Positions 34,133 through 41,259 of a stretch of 41,259 nucleotides of DNA are shown here, one piece after another; the stretch's first letter is position 1, and each line of letters opens with the position of its first letter. The stretch spans positions 1 to 41,259 of the forward strand of contig DASXSD010000110.1 of NCBI GenBank assembly GCA_036506195.1, read 5' to 3'. The notes under the pieces were generated by a model. That model was not told the DNA's origin and ran no database searches. It saw only the letters and a program-made list of their open reading frames with translations. Both the position numbers and the translations under genes were made by a program. This stretch comes from Candidatus Dormiibacterota bacterium (GTDB lineage: Bacteria > Chloroflexota > Dormibacteria > Dormibacterales > Dormibacteraceae).

Positions 34133-34737
34133 CGTCGTCGTTTGCGTCGCCTGGCTCCACCCTGGTTCTGCCCGAGACGCTCGGGCAGGTGGGCGCTGAT
34201 CTCCCACACGACTGTGTCTGCATCCGGAACCGGGACGGCGATCGTGTCCTCGTACATGAGTCGGGACCGAAAAATTCCGAGGCGCTTTTTGATCGACGCA
34301 AGCTCGGATTCGTCGCCGCGAACCTTGACGAAAACGGCAGGCTTGTCGATGTGCTGTTTCATGATCGGCGCGATCATCCGGCTGCGCCGATCCTGGAAGT
34401 GCTGACGGAGCGGCAGCGCCTTGACCCACCGGATCGAGTCGTAGTCGATAACCACATTCGAGAACATGCTCGAGATCCGGACTCCCTCCTCGAGCACCTG
34501 CAGGTTGCTGCGCCATCGGTACAGGAGAATCGCGCCGCCCAGGAGCAGTCCCGTCGGGATGTAGACCAGCCACACGGCAAACGCCGGCGAGAAGAGCTGG
34601 CCCTGGTAGATGGCGATCCCGGTGGCGACCACGCCCGCCAGCAGGAGCAATCCTGCGAAGAAGCGCTGCTGCAGCCAGAGGTGGTGGGCATACAGGATCT
34701 GATGTCGCGAAGGGCGCGAGGCGGCTTCGGTGCTCAA
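34129..34737 (-). CDS. Small membrane protein: two TM helices plus a cytoplasmic domain (bPH-like topology, by inference)
   Basis: FFAGLLLLAGVVATGIAIY and AFAVWLVYIPTGLLLGGAILLY are followed by a ~120-aa soluble part and a basic tail. TTG at 34737 is the first start after the glpK stop. The track start 34977 overlaps glpK. Confidence 0.5.
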   Translation of the reverse strand: MSTEAASRPSRHQILYAHHLWLQQRFFAGLLLLAGVVATGIAIYQGQLFSPAFAVWLVYIPTGLLLGGAILLYRWRSNLQVLEEGVRISSMFSNVVIDYDSIRWVKALPLRQHFQDRRSRMIAPIMKQHIDKPAVFVKVRGDESELASIKKRLGIFRSRLMYEDTIAVPVPDADTVVWEISAHLPERLGQNQGGARRRKRRR

Positions 34738-34747
34738 GGAGTACTGA

Positions 34748-36235
34748 TTATCCGGTAGGGTCCTGCGCCCAGTCGCGGCTCCTTTCCACGGCGCGGCGCC
34801 ATCCCGATTGCAGCTCATCGGCCTCGTCGCGCGACATCCTGGGTTCGAACTCGCGGTCCAGCTTCCACAGGCGCGCCAGGTCGGCCTCTTTCCACACGCC
34901 GGCGCCGAGCCCGGCCAGGAACGCCGCGCCCAGGGCGGTCGTCTCCGTCTGCCGCGGGCGCCGGACCGGGATGCCAAGCAGGTCCGCCTGCAGCTGGCAC
35001 AGCACGTCCATCACCGCGGCGCCCCCGTCGATGCGCAGCTCGGTCAGATTGCGCCCGGTGTCGCGCTCCATCGCCTCGACGACATCTCGGGTCTGGTACG
35101 CCATCGCCTCCACGGCCGCGCGGACGATGTGGGCACGGTTCGTGCCGCGGGTGAGGCCGACGATGGTGCCGCGGGCATAGGGATCCCAGTGCGGCGCACC
35201 GAGACCGACAAACGCAGGGACAAGAAAAACTCCACCCGTGTCGGGCACAGACGAAGCGAGGGGACCCGCCTCGCTCGCGCTGGCGATGATGCCCAGTCCA
35301 TCGCGCAGCCACTGCAGGGCAGCACCGGTGATGAAGATCGCGCCCTCCAGCGCGTAGCTGAGCTTTCCCCCGCGGCGCCACGCGACCGTTGTCAGCATCC
35401 CAGTTCTCGATTCGACGCGGCGCTCCCCTGTCTGCATGAGCACGAACGACCCGGTCCCGTAGGTGTTCTTGGCCATGCCGTCGGCTGTGCACGCCTGGCC
35501 GAAGAGCGCAGCCTGCTGATCCCCGGCAATCCCCGCGATGGGCGCCACGATCTCGCCCGTTGATTTCGAGATGATCCCGCTGGAGTCGACGACCTCGGGC
35601 AGATTCCCGAGCGAGACGCCGAAGAGCTCGGCCATCTCCTCGCTCCACGCGCCTCGTCCGATGTCGAACAACAGCGTGCGGGATGCGTTAGATGCGTCGG
35701 TCACGTGATCGCGACCGGCGGACAGGCGCGCGATCAGCCAGGAATCCACCGTGCCGGCGGCCGCTTCCGCTGCACCATCGACGTTCCGGAGCGCCCAGGC
35801 CAGCTTCGTTGCGGTGAAGTACGGATCGAGCACCAGTCCGGTGACCTCGCGGACACGCTCCTCATGGCCTGCTTCCCGAAGTCGCCGGCAGTCGTCGGCT
35901 GTGCGCCGGTCCTGCCAGACGATCGCCCGCGCGATGGGCTCCAGGGTCTTGCGGTGCCACAGCACCAGGGTCTCGCGCTGGTTGGTGATCCCAATTGCGG
36001 CGACGTCTCGCGCGCTGGCGCTCGCGGCTTCCAGCGCGCGCCGCGCGCTGAGCTGGACAGCCGACCAGATCTCGTTCGGGTCGTGCTCGACCCATCCGGG
36101 CCGCGGATAGTGCTGAGTGATCTCGGTGTAGCCCTTGCCGCGAAGCTCACCGTCCAGACCGACCGCAATTGCGGTCGCCCCGGTCGTCCCTTCGTCGAGA
36201 CTCAGGACGACTTCGGCGATTTCTCTGGCTTCCAG
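34748..36235 (-). CDS. glpK: Glycerol kinase
   Basis: The track ORF (from 35965) lacks the N-terminal ~90 residues. The same frame is open upstream and encodes VVLSLDEGTTGATAIAV...YPRPGWVEHDPNEIW...IGITNQRETLVLW, which are canonical GlpK motifs. There is no in-frame ATG/GTG/TTG upstream of 35965; CTG at 36235 or ATC at 36220 are the only candidates. Confidence 0.85.
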   Translation of the reverse strand: MEAREIAEVVLSLDEGTTGATAIAVGLDGELRGKGYTEITQHYPRPGWVEHDPNEIWSAVQLSARRALEAASASARDVAAIGITNQRETLVLWHRKTLEPIARAIVWQDRRTADDCRRLREAGHEERVREVTGLVLDPYFTATKLAWALRNVDGAAEAAAGTVDSWLIARLSAGRDHVTDASNASRTLLFDIGRGAWSEEMAELFGVSLGNLPEVVDSSGIISKSTGEIVAPIAGIAGDQQAALFGQACTADGMAKNTYGTGSFVLMQTGERRVESRTGMLTTVAWRRGGKLSYALEGAIFITGAALQWLRDGLGIIASASEAGPLASSVPDTGGVFLVPAFVGLGAPHWDPYARGTIVGLTRGTNRAHIVRAAVEAMAYQTRDVVEAMERDTGRNLTELRIDGGAAVMDVLCQLQADLLGIPVRRPRQTETTALGAAFLAGLGAGVWKEADLARLWKLDREFEPRMSRDEADELQSGWRRAVERSRDWAQDPTG

Positions 36236-37041
36236 GTGCGGTTCAGGCTGCCGGACGAATAGCCCTCGAGGTCGGCGCTGGCGAACTTGTAACCCGCGCC
36301 GCGCACCGCGTCCGCCACCTGCGCTCGCTGGGCGATCAGCCTCGGGATGTCCGATTCGTCGACCTCGATGCGGGCAACATCGCCGTGATGGCGCACCCGC
36401 ACCTGCCTGAAGCCGAGCGTCTTCAGGGCGGCCTCCGCCGCCTCGATCTGGCGCAGCGCGGCGACCGTGACCGGAGTGCCATGCGGGATGCGCGACGAGA
36501 GGCAGGCGAAGGATGGCTTGTTCCAGTTCGGAAGTCCCAGCGAGCGCGCCGCGGCCCGGATCTCGGACTTGGGCATGCCTGCCTCGAGAAGCGGGAATCG
36601 CACACCGCGGCGAACGGCGGACGCGTGACCGGGCCGGTGGTCACCGGCGTCGTCGGCCGTCGCCCCATACGCGAGGTTCGCAAGGCCGAGCTCGCGCTGC
36701 ACCGGCTCGAGCGTGTCGAACAGCTCTTCCTTGCAGTGAAAGCAGCGATCAGGGTTGTTGCGCGCGTACGCATCGAGCTCGACCTCGTTCGTCGAGACCT
36801 CGACCAGCCGCGCGCCCATCAACCGCGCAAGGTCCCGAGCCTCCTGCTGCTCCGACTCCGGATACGCAGGGGAGCTTGCGAGCACCGCGACCGCTCCATC
36901 CTGCAGCTCCTCCATCGCGACCTTGAGGAGCAGTGTCGAATCCACGCCACCTGAGTAGGCGACCAGCACCGAGCCCAGGTCACGCACGATGTCACGCGCG
37001 TTTTTCAAGCGAGCGGGGTCGTAACGATCGAGCTGGATCAC
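36202..37041 (-). CDS. LarE-like PP-loop ATP pyrophosphatase (TIGR00268-type sulfur-transfer ATPase)
   Basis: PP-loop VAYSGGVDSTLL, the conserved CFHCK and the C-terminal DLEGYSSGSLN are present. 279 aa. GTG start. Confidence 0.8.
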   Translation of the reverse strand: MIQLDRYDPARLKNARDIVRDLGSVLVAYSGGVDSTLLLKVAMEELQDGAVAVLASSPAYPESEQQEARDLARLMGARLVEVSTNEVELDAYARNNPDRCFHCKEELFDTLEPVQRELGLANLAYGATADDAGDHRPGHASAVRRGVRFPLLEAGMPKSEIRAAARSLGLPNWNKPSFACLSSRIPHGTPVTVAALRQIEAAEAALKTLGFRQVRVRHHGDVARIEVDESDIPRLIAQRAQVADAVRGAGYKFASADLEGYSSGSLNRTWKPEKSPKSS

Positions 37042-37054
37042 TCCAGCTCAGAGG

Positions 37055-37900
37055 TTAGCTCGCCTGTGCTTCCGAGGGCTCCATCGCGGGTGTGCCACAC
37101 CACGCCTCGTAGTCGATCAGCCCATCGACGGTCGGATTCTCGCCGCACAGAGGGCAGGCCTTGTTCTGGCGGAGCCGCAGCTCGCGGAACGTCATGTCCT
37201 CGCCCTCGAACAAGAGGTAGCGGCCGATCATCGGGCGGCCGATGTCGAGGAGGTACTTGATCGTCTCGAAGGCCATCATGCTGCCGATGATCCCGGGCAG
37301 GACGCCGAAGACGCCGGCCTCGGCGCAGCTCTGCACGCTGCCCGGAGGCGGCGGCTCCGGGAACAAGCATCGGTAGCAGCCGGTGCCTTTGGCCGAGTCA
37401 AAAAGCGCTATCCGCCCTTCGAACCGGAAGATGCTGCCGTGCACCAGGGGCTTGGCCAGGAAGTGCGCCGCGTCGTTGGCCAGGTAGCGGGTGGGAAAGT
37501 TGTCCGTGCCGTCGACGATCATGTCGTACGGCGCGAAGGTCCGCATCGCCGTCTCCGAGTTGAGGTGCTCGTTGATGGCCACCACCTCGACGTCCGGATT
37601 GAGGTTGCGAAGGGTCTCGGCCGCGGACTCGACCTTGGGGCGGCCGATGTCGTCATGCCCGTGAAGGAGCTGACGCTGGAGGTTTGACGCGTCGACGACG
37701 TCGAAGTCGACGATGCCGATCTTGCCGACGCCAGCCGCGGCCAGGTACATGGCGGCGGGTGAGCCGAGGCCGCCGGCGCCCAGCAGGAGCACGCTCGAGT
37801 TGAGGAGCTTGCGCTGGCCGGCGCCGCCGACCTCGGGCAGGATCAGGTGGCGGGCGTAGCGCGCGACCTGGTCGGGGGTGAAGCTGCGGGTCTGGGACAT
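37055..37900 (-). CDS. moeB: ThiF/MoeB-family adenylyltransferase (E1-like)
   Basis: RYARHLILPEVGGAGQRKL, the GAGGLGSP nucleotide loop, and the CYRCLFPEPP and CPLCG zinc motifs are present. ATG at 37900 gives MSQTRSFTPDQVARY. The track extension to 38173 is non-homologous. Confidence 0.88.
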   Translation of the reverse strand: MSQTRSFTPDQVARYARHLILPEVGGAGQRKLLNSSVLLLGAGGLGSPAAMYLAAAGVGKIGIVDFDVVDASNLQRQLLHGHDDIGRPKVESAAETLRNLNPDVEVVAINEHLNSETAMRTFAPYDMIVDGTDNFPTRYLANDAAHFLAKPLVHGSIFRFEGRIALFDSAKGTGCYRCLFPEPPPPGSVQSCAEAGVFGVLPGIIGSMMAFETIKYLLDIGRPMIGRYLLFEGEDMTFRELRLRQNKACPLCGENPTVDGLIDYEAWCGTPAMEPSEAQAS

Positions 37901-37941
37901 CTCTACAGGGACTATACCCAGGGTGCTTTCGGGCTTATTCC

Positions 37942-38123
37942 TATGAGACGCGCTGGAGGCCTCGGCGAGCGAATCGGCGCGAGGTGCCCCAGATGCAAGG
38001 CGCAGGCGAGCACCGGAGCGAGCGCATCCGTTGATGCGTGAGCGAGGAGCGGAGCCTGCAACGGCGCAGATGGGGCGCATTCGGCGCCGAGGCGCCGTCG
38101 AGGGTCTCTCAGCGCGTCTCATA
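37942..38123. repeat. ~180-nt long imperfect palindrome (MITE-like) in the moeB / hypothetical-gene divergent intergenic region
   Basis: The perfect 14-bp termini TATGAGACGCGCTG (37942..37955) and CAGCGCGTCTCATA (38110..38123) pair. Internal arms share the blocks CCTCGGCG, CGAAT, GCGC and CCCC in inverted order. The centre is CGCATC-CGTT-GATGCG near 38030. Confidence 0.6.
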
Positions 38124-38138
38124 TAGTTGGAGACCACC

Positions 38139-39026
38139 ATGGAAACTGAATACCTGGACGAAGAGCAGGTCATCTCCCTCTACAACAAGGTGCGGACGGG
38201 CAAGAAGACCTGGCCCACCGGGATCTGGAGCTCCCCTGCCGCGCTGCAGTACGCGGTCACTGTGTTCGACTACTGGATCCACAACGTCATGGGCTGGAAA
38301 GGATGGCCCGACGCGCGGGGCAAGGTCACCCCGGCCTTGCTCGAGGAGCACCGGCTGGCCGACCTGGTGGACGCAGTGTTCGTGCCCGAGTTCGGCGATG
38401 ACTGGCTCGACTTCGAGGTCGTGCTCAACGAAAGCATGCGGCTGTCCGAGGACGAGGCCTGGGCGCCCGACGTTTCCGACCGCCAGGAGCGTGTCGAAGC
38501 GGCGTTCGAGCACGCATTCGAGAAGCTGATGGGGTCGCCCAAGCAGCAGCCCAAGCTGCTCCCGACCTATCACCGGTTTCGCAACCACCTGCTGCGTATG
38601 TGGAGCGCCTTCCAGGAGGCGCAGGCGGAGCACGACAAGGCTGAGCGCGAGTCGGCCGAGCGGTTCTGGGCACAGCTTCGGCTGGTGCGCAGCAGCCGGG
38701 GACAGGCCGCCGAGGCGTGGTCGATCGTCAACACCGACGACGAGCGCCGAGGTGAGGTGGTGATGGTCTGGGGCGAACCTCATCCCTACTGCGTCGTCGT
38801 ACTGGATGAGGACATCGAGGCCGGCGGCTGGGAGCAGGTCATCTACCGGCTGGAGCAGGAGATCCTCGTCGAGGAGCCCGGCATCGTCAGCTACGCGGTG
38901 TGGCACAAAGGTTTCGTCGGCGAGTACTACCGCTGCGCCGACTGCGGCGAGCTGCACAGCCAGTTCGACGAAGACACGAGCAACGGCCTGCGCCTGGACG
39001 GGCTGGAACCGCCCGAAGAGCGCTAA
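38139..39026 (+). CDS. Hypothetical protein (acidic, Trp-rich; CxxC near the C-terminus)
   Basis: ATG at 38139 with GGAG 6 nt upstream; the track TTG at 38127 is an alternative. Codon bias is good. No family recognised. Its stop codon TAA lies within the GCTAACT leader of repeat copy C. Confidence 0.6.
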   Translation: METEYLDEEQVISLYNKVRTGKKTWPTGIWSSPAALQYAVTVFDYWIHNVMGWKGWPDARGKVTPALLEEHRLADLVDAVFVPEFGDDWLDFEVVLNESMRLSEDEAWAPDVSDRQERVEAAFEHAFEKLMGSPKQQPKLLPTYHRFRNHLLRMWSAFQEAQAEHDKAERESAERFWAQLRLVRSSRGQAAEAWSIVNTDDERRGEVVMVWGEPHPYCVVVLDEDIEAGGWEQVIYRLEQEILVEEPGIVSYAVWHKGFVGEYYRCADCGELHSQFDEDTSNGLRLDGLEPPEER

Positions 39027-39075
39027 CTACTCCCCATTCACGGGGAGGTGGCGCGCGGCGCCGGAGGGGCTGGGC
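39022..39075 (+). repeat. REP-like two-hairpin repeat, copy C (between convergent genes)
   Basis: GCTAACTACTCCCCATTCACGGGGAGGTGGCGCGCGGCGCCGGAGGGGCTGGGC. It fills almost the whole 52-nt gap between the stop codons at 39026 and 39079. Confidence 0.8.
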
Positions 39076-39078
39076 CTC

Positions 39079-41259
39079 TCAGTCGACCGTCAGGGAGAAG
39101 TTCCTCCCCTCCCACCCTGTCATGTAGTGCGCCGTCCAGGAGAACTCCGTGCCGCTCGGCAGGCGGTCGCTAGGAACTTCTGCGACCCACACTCCCAGCG
39201 TCGTGTCGATGGCGTCGACCTCGACGAAGGACTGCCAGTTGTCGAACGTGTAGTGCACCGCGCCAGGCCTTGGCAGCTGGACGCGGAGTCGCCGGCCGAC
39301 CGAGATCCGGGTGATCTGGTGCCTGTGCGACCAGACGAACGGCGGCTCCTGCTGAGGGCCCTCGGTGTAGCGCCGGCGCGCGGGCATCACGATGTCCGGG
39401 AACCCTGCGAGGGCGATCGTCACCAGCAGCTCCAGGTATTCGGCGTGGGCCCAACCCAGGGGACATGCCGAACCGTTCGGTTTTCCGAACTGAAGACCGC
39501 GATTTGGCATGTCTGGTCCGTCCCAGAGCTGCTCTGGAAGGGCAAGACCCTGGCCCGCGAATCCCTCGAGCGTGCGCACCAGCTCCGCCGCCGGCAGGCC
39601 CATGGAGAAGAAGTGACGCGCGCGCTCGCCCGTCAGGACCGGCCAGGCCCGACCCCTGCCGCTCCCATCCCACGGCGCACCGTCTTCGTGCTCGCCGTAC
39701 TGATCGCCGACGTACCGGCGCCAGCTGGGTCCCGCGGGCAGGCTGACCTTGAGCGACGAATCGACGCCCTGCAGGCTGCGCAGCACGCGCTCGTCTTTCG
39801 GCCGTCGGAGCCCGTAGCGAACCAGCTCCAGGAATTCGGGGGCGATCGCGCCCTCGGTCGGGCGGCGATCGGGATCCGAGCCGAGCCGCACGAATTGCCC
39901 GGACGGTAGCGAGCACCAGGGCTCGACGCGGTCGTTCCAGTAGTCGGCGACAGCTCGCAGGTGGCTGGCCGCGATGTGCTCACCCGCGTCGCTCGCAAAC
40001 TCGGCCGCGACGATCAGGGACGCGATGCAGGCGCCGAGTGTTGAGGGCGAGAGGCCGCCACTGTCTTCCCATCGGTCGACCACCGTGAGCGGTCCCTCGC
40101 GGATGATGAACTGCGCTGCCGGCCGCACCATCGTCGGATAGGGGTCGTGGTCGAGACAGCCTGCGACGCCCAAACGCCATGCGAGCAGGATGGGCAGCGC
40201 CACCTGGTCGAGCTCTGTCGACTGCCAGTGCGGCGTTCCGTCGAGCGACCAGTTCTGATGCCACCCACCATCTGACCGCTGCCGCGCCTGCAGGTGGCGG
40301 AACGCGCGCAAGGCAGCATCGCTGTCCCCCGCATCGAGGAGCGCCGTGGCGATGCGACAGAGGTCGCGCGGCCAGACGAGCTGATAGAGATGGTCGCCGT
40401 CGTGATTGGTCTCGCCCCACGGCGCGGCCGGGGCCGCGATGAAAGCGCCGGCGTGGGATTTGTCTTCGAGACAGTGCAGAACCGCGAAAGAAGCGCGAGC
40501 GAGCATCCCGTCGTCGCCACTCACCTTGCCGAGGGCCTGCGGAATCTCGGGTTGAGCCTGCCACGCGCGTTCGAAGGCCTGGCGCACATTTCCGGCACCC
40601 TTCTGCAGGGCGGTCCGAGCGACCTCTTCGGCATCGGCCCTCGAGTGCGCAAAGCCGATCGCCAGCTGAAATGAGCCTGCCCGGACGCCGATCTCGCAGC
40701 CGACCGAGACGTTGCCCGGCCCTGCACGGTCGTACAAGTAGGTCAGATAGCCGTCCGCATCGCTGAGGTCGATGTGGACATCGGAACTCCGGTAGTAGCC
40801 GGCCGTGGCGCGGCTGAATGGGCCGACGAGGCAGATCCAGACGTCCTGCTGCTGCAGGAGCAAGGCAGGTGGATGGGTGTCGATCACCCAGCCGTAGTTG
40901 CCCTCGGCGCCGGGCTCCCAGTGCGCGGAGGCCTGCATGTAGAGCCGCAGGTCCGGCAGCTCGGGCGTGAAGGTGGTCGCGATGAGCATCGCGTTCTCCT
41001 CGGGGTCGGAGAAGTACTCCTTGGTCAGCCGATATTCGTGGTGCGTCGAGTCGACGCGAAAGGCCGGAACGCCCGGGCTCAGCCAGCTGACGGCATGCTG
41101 GGCGTCGGTGGCATCGTCAACTGGCGGCGCGCCGCCGGCCGAGACAAAAAAGCGCAGCTCATGCAGCGCGACGCGGTCGAGGTAGGGAAAGAAAACCTCG
41201 CTGAGGTTGCCGTCGGCGAGCGAGTACCAGACCTTGCTCCTGGAACCGGGCGCCGCTCC
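39079..41259 (-). CDS. GH15 glucoamylase/glucodextranase-like enzyme (5' end outside window), with an extra C-terminal beta-rich domain
   Basis: The catalytic (alpha/alpha)6 region includes YQLVWPRDLCRIATALL and WHQNWSLDG...ELDQVALPILLAWRL. The frame stays open upstream of the track start (40989) to the window edge and encodes the N-terminal beta-sandwich domain (KVWYSLADGNLSEVFFPYLDRVALHELRFFVS). Confidence 0.85.
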   Translation of the reverse strand, partial: GAAPGSRSKVWYSLADGNLSEVFFPYLDRVALHELRFFVSAGGAPPVDDATDAQHAVSWLSPGVPAFRVDSTHHEYRLTKEYFSDPEENAMLIATTFTPELPDLRLYMQASAHWEPGAEGNYGWVIDTHPPALLLQQQDVWICLVGPFSRATAGYYRSSDVHIDLSDADGYLTYLYDRAGPGNVSVGCEIGVRAGSFQLAIGFAHSRADAEEVARTALQKGAGNVRQAFERAWQAQPEIPQALGKVSGDDGMLARASFAVLHCLEDKSHAGAFIAAPAAPWGETNHDGDHLYQLVWPRDLCRIATALLDAGDSDAALRAFRHLQARQRSDGGWHQNWSLDGTPHWQSTELDQVALPILLAWRLGVAGCLDHDPYPTMVRPAAQFIIREGPLTVVDRWEDSGGLSPSTLGACIASLIVAAEFASDAGEHIAASHLRAVADYWNDRVEPWCSLPSGQFVRLGSDPDRRPTEGAIAPEFLELVRYGLRRPKDERVLRSLQGVDSSLKVSLPAGPSWRRYVGDQYGEHEDGAPWDGSGRGRAWPVLTGERARHFFSMGLPAAELVRTLEGFAGQGLALPEQLWDGPDMPNRGLQFGKPNGSACPLGWAHAEYLELLVTIALAGFPDIVMPARRRYTEGPQQEPPFVWSHRHQITRISVGRRLRVQLPRPGAVHYTFDNWQSFVEVDAIDTTLGVWVAEVPSDRLPSGTEFSWTAHYMTGWEGRNFSLTVD

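Noticed and set aside
1-41259. CRISPR arrays, rRNA genes, transposase/integrase genes, prophage or known defence-system genes.
   Set aside because: No regularly spaced direct repeats, rRNA-like sequence or recognisable recombinase/defence motifs were found on either strand. The only repeats are the E, REP-like and long-palindrome elements listed above.

Overview
High-GC (roughly two-thirds G+C by eye) bacterial chromosomal segment. Gene content and a CGAAC-N4-GTTCG LexA box suggest an Actinomycetota- or Chloroflexota-like organism, but taxonomy cannot be fixed from the sequence alone. About 35 genes are supportable; many other track ORFs are GC-rich shadow frames. Main blocks: (i) 1-8.8 kb, housekeeping and accessory enzymes: amidohydrolase, acyl-CoA synthetase, a DsrE-like gene, MFS transporter, Tat-exported FAD amine oxidase, DinB-family protein, methyltransferase, DUF559 protein. 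(ii) tRNA-Gly(CCC). (iii) 9-20 kb, an alpha-glucan/glycogen cluster: NDP-sugar pyrophosphorylase-phosphohexomutase fusion, GlgP, a 1231-aa GH57-GlgA fusion, a GT-B glycosyltransferase and an IMPase-family phosphatase. (iv) Two alpha/beta hydrolases and a ThiO-like oxidase. (v) A LexA-controlled imuA-imuB-dnaE2 mutagenesis cassette. (vi) 29-38 kb, a long co-directional minus-strand string: PLP decarboxylase, two GT-C-type membrane glycosyltransferases, a small membrane protein, GlpK, LarE-like PP-loop ATPase, MoeB/ThiF. (vii) An orphan protein and a GH15 glucoamylase that runs off the right edge. Most interesting observations: (1) Two diverged, inverted copies of a ~180-nt structured non-coding element bracket the GH57-glgA gene. 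Each is flanked by a direct duplication of the adjacent gene terminus (24 nt and 48 nt), and their hairpins show compensatory substitutions. (2) The DsrE/TusD-family gene has an in-frame UGA exactly at the active-site Cys position, making it a candidate selenoprotein that the ORF track splits. (3) A ~50-nt two-hairpin REP-like repeat occurs in three copies, and one copy sits inside imuB and shifts its frame. (4) A ~180-nt long-palindrome MITE-like element lies in the moeB upstream region. (5) Several genes (imuB, glpK) have conserved N-termini with no canonical start codon nearby. No CRISPR array, rRNA or recognisable transposase/integrase gene was seen.
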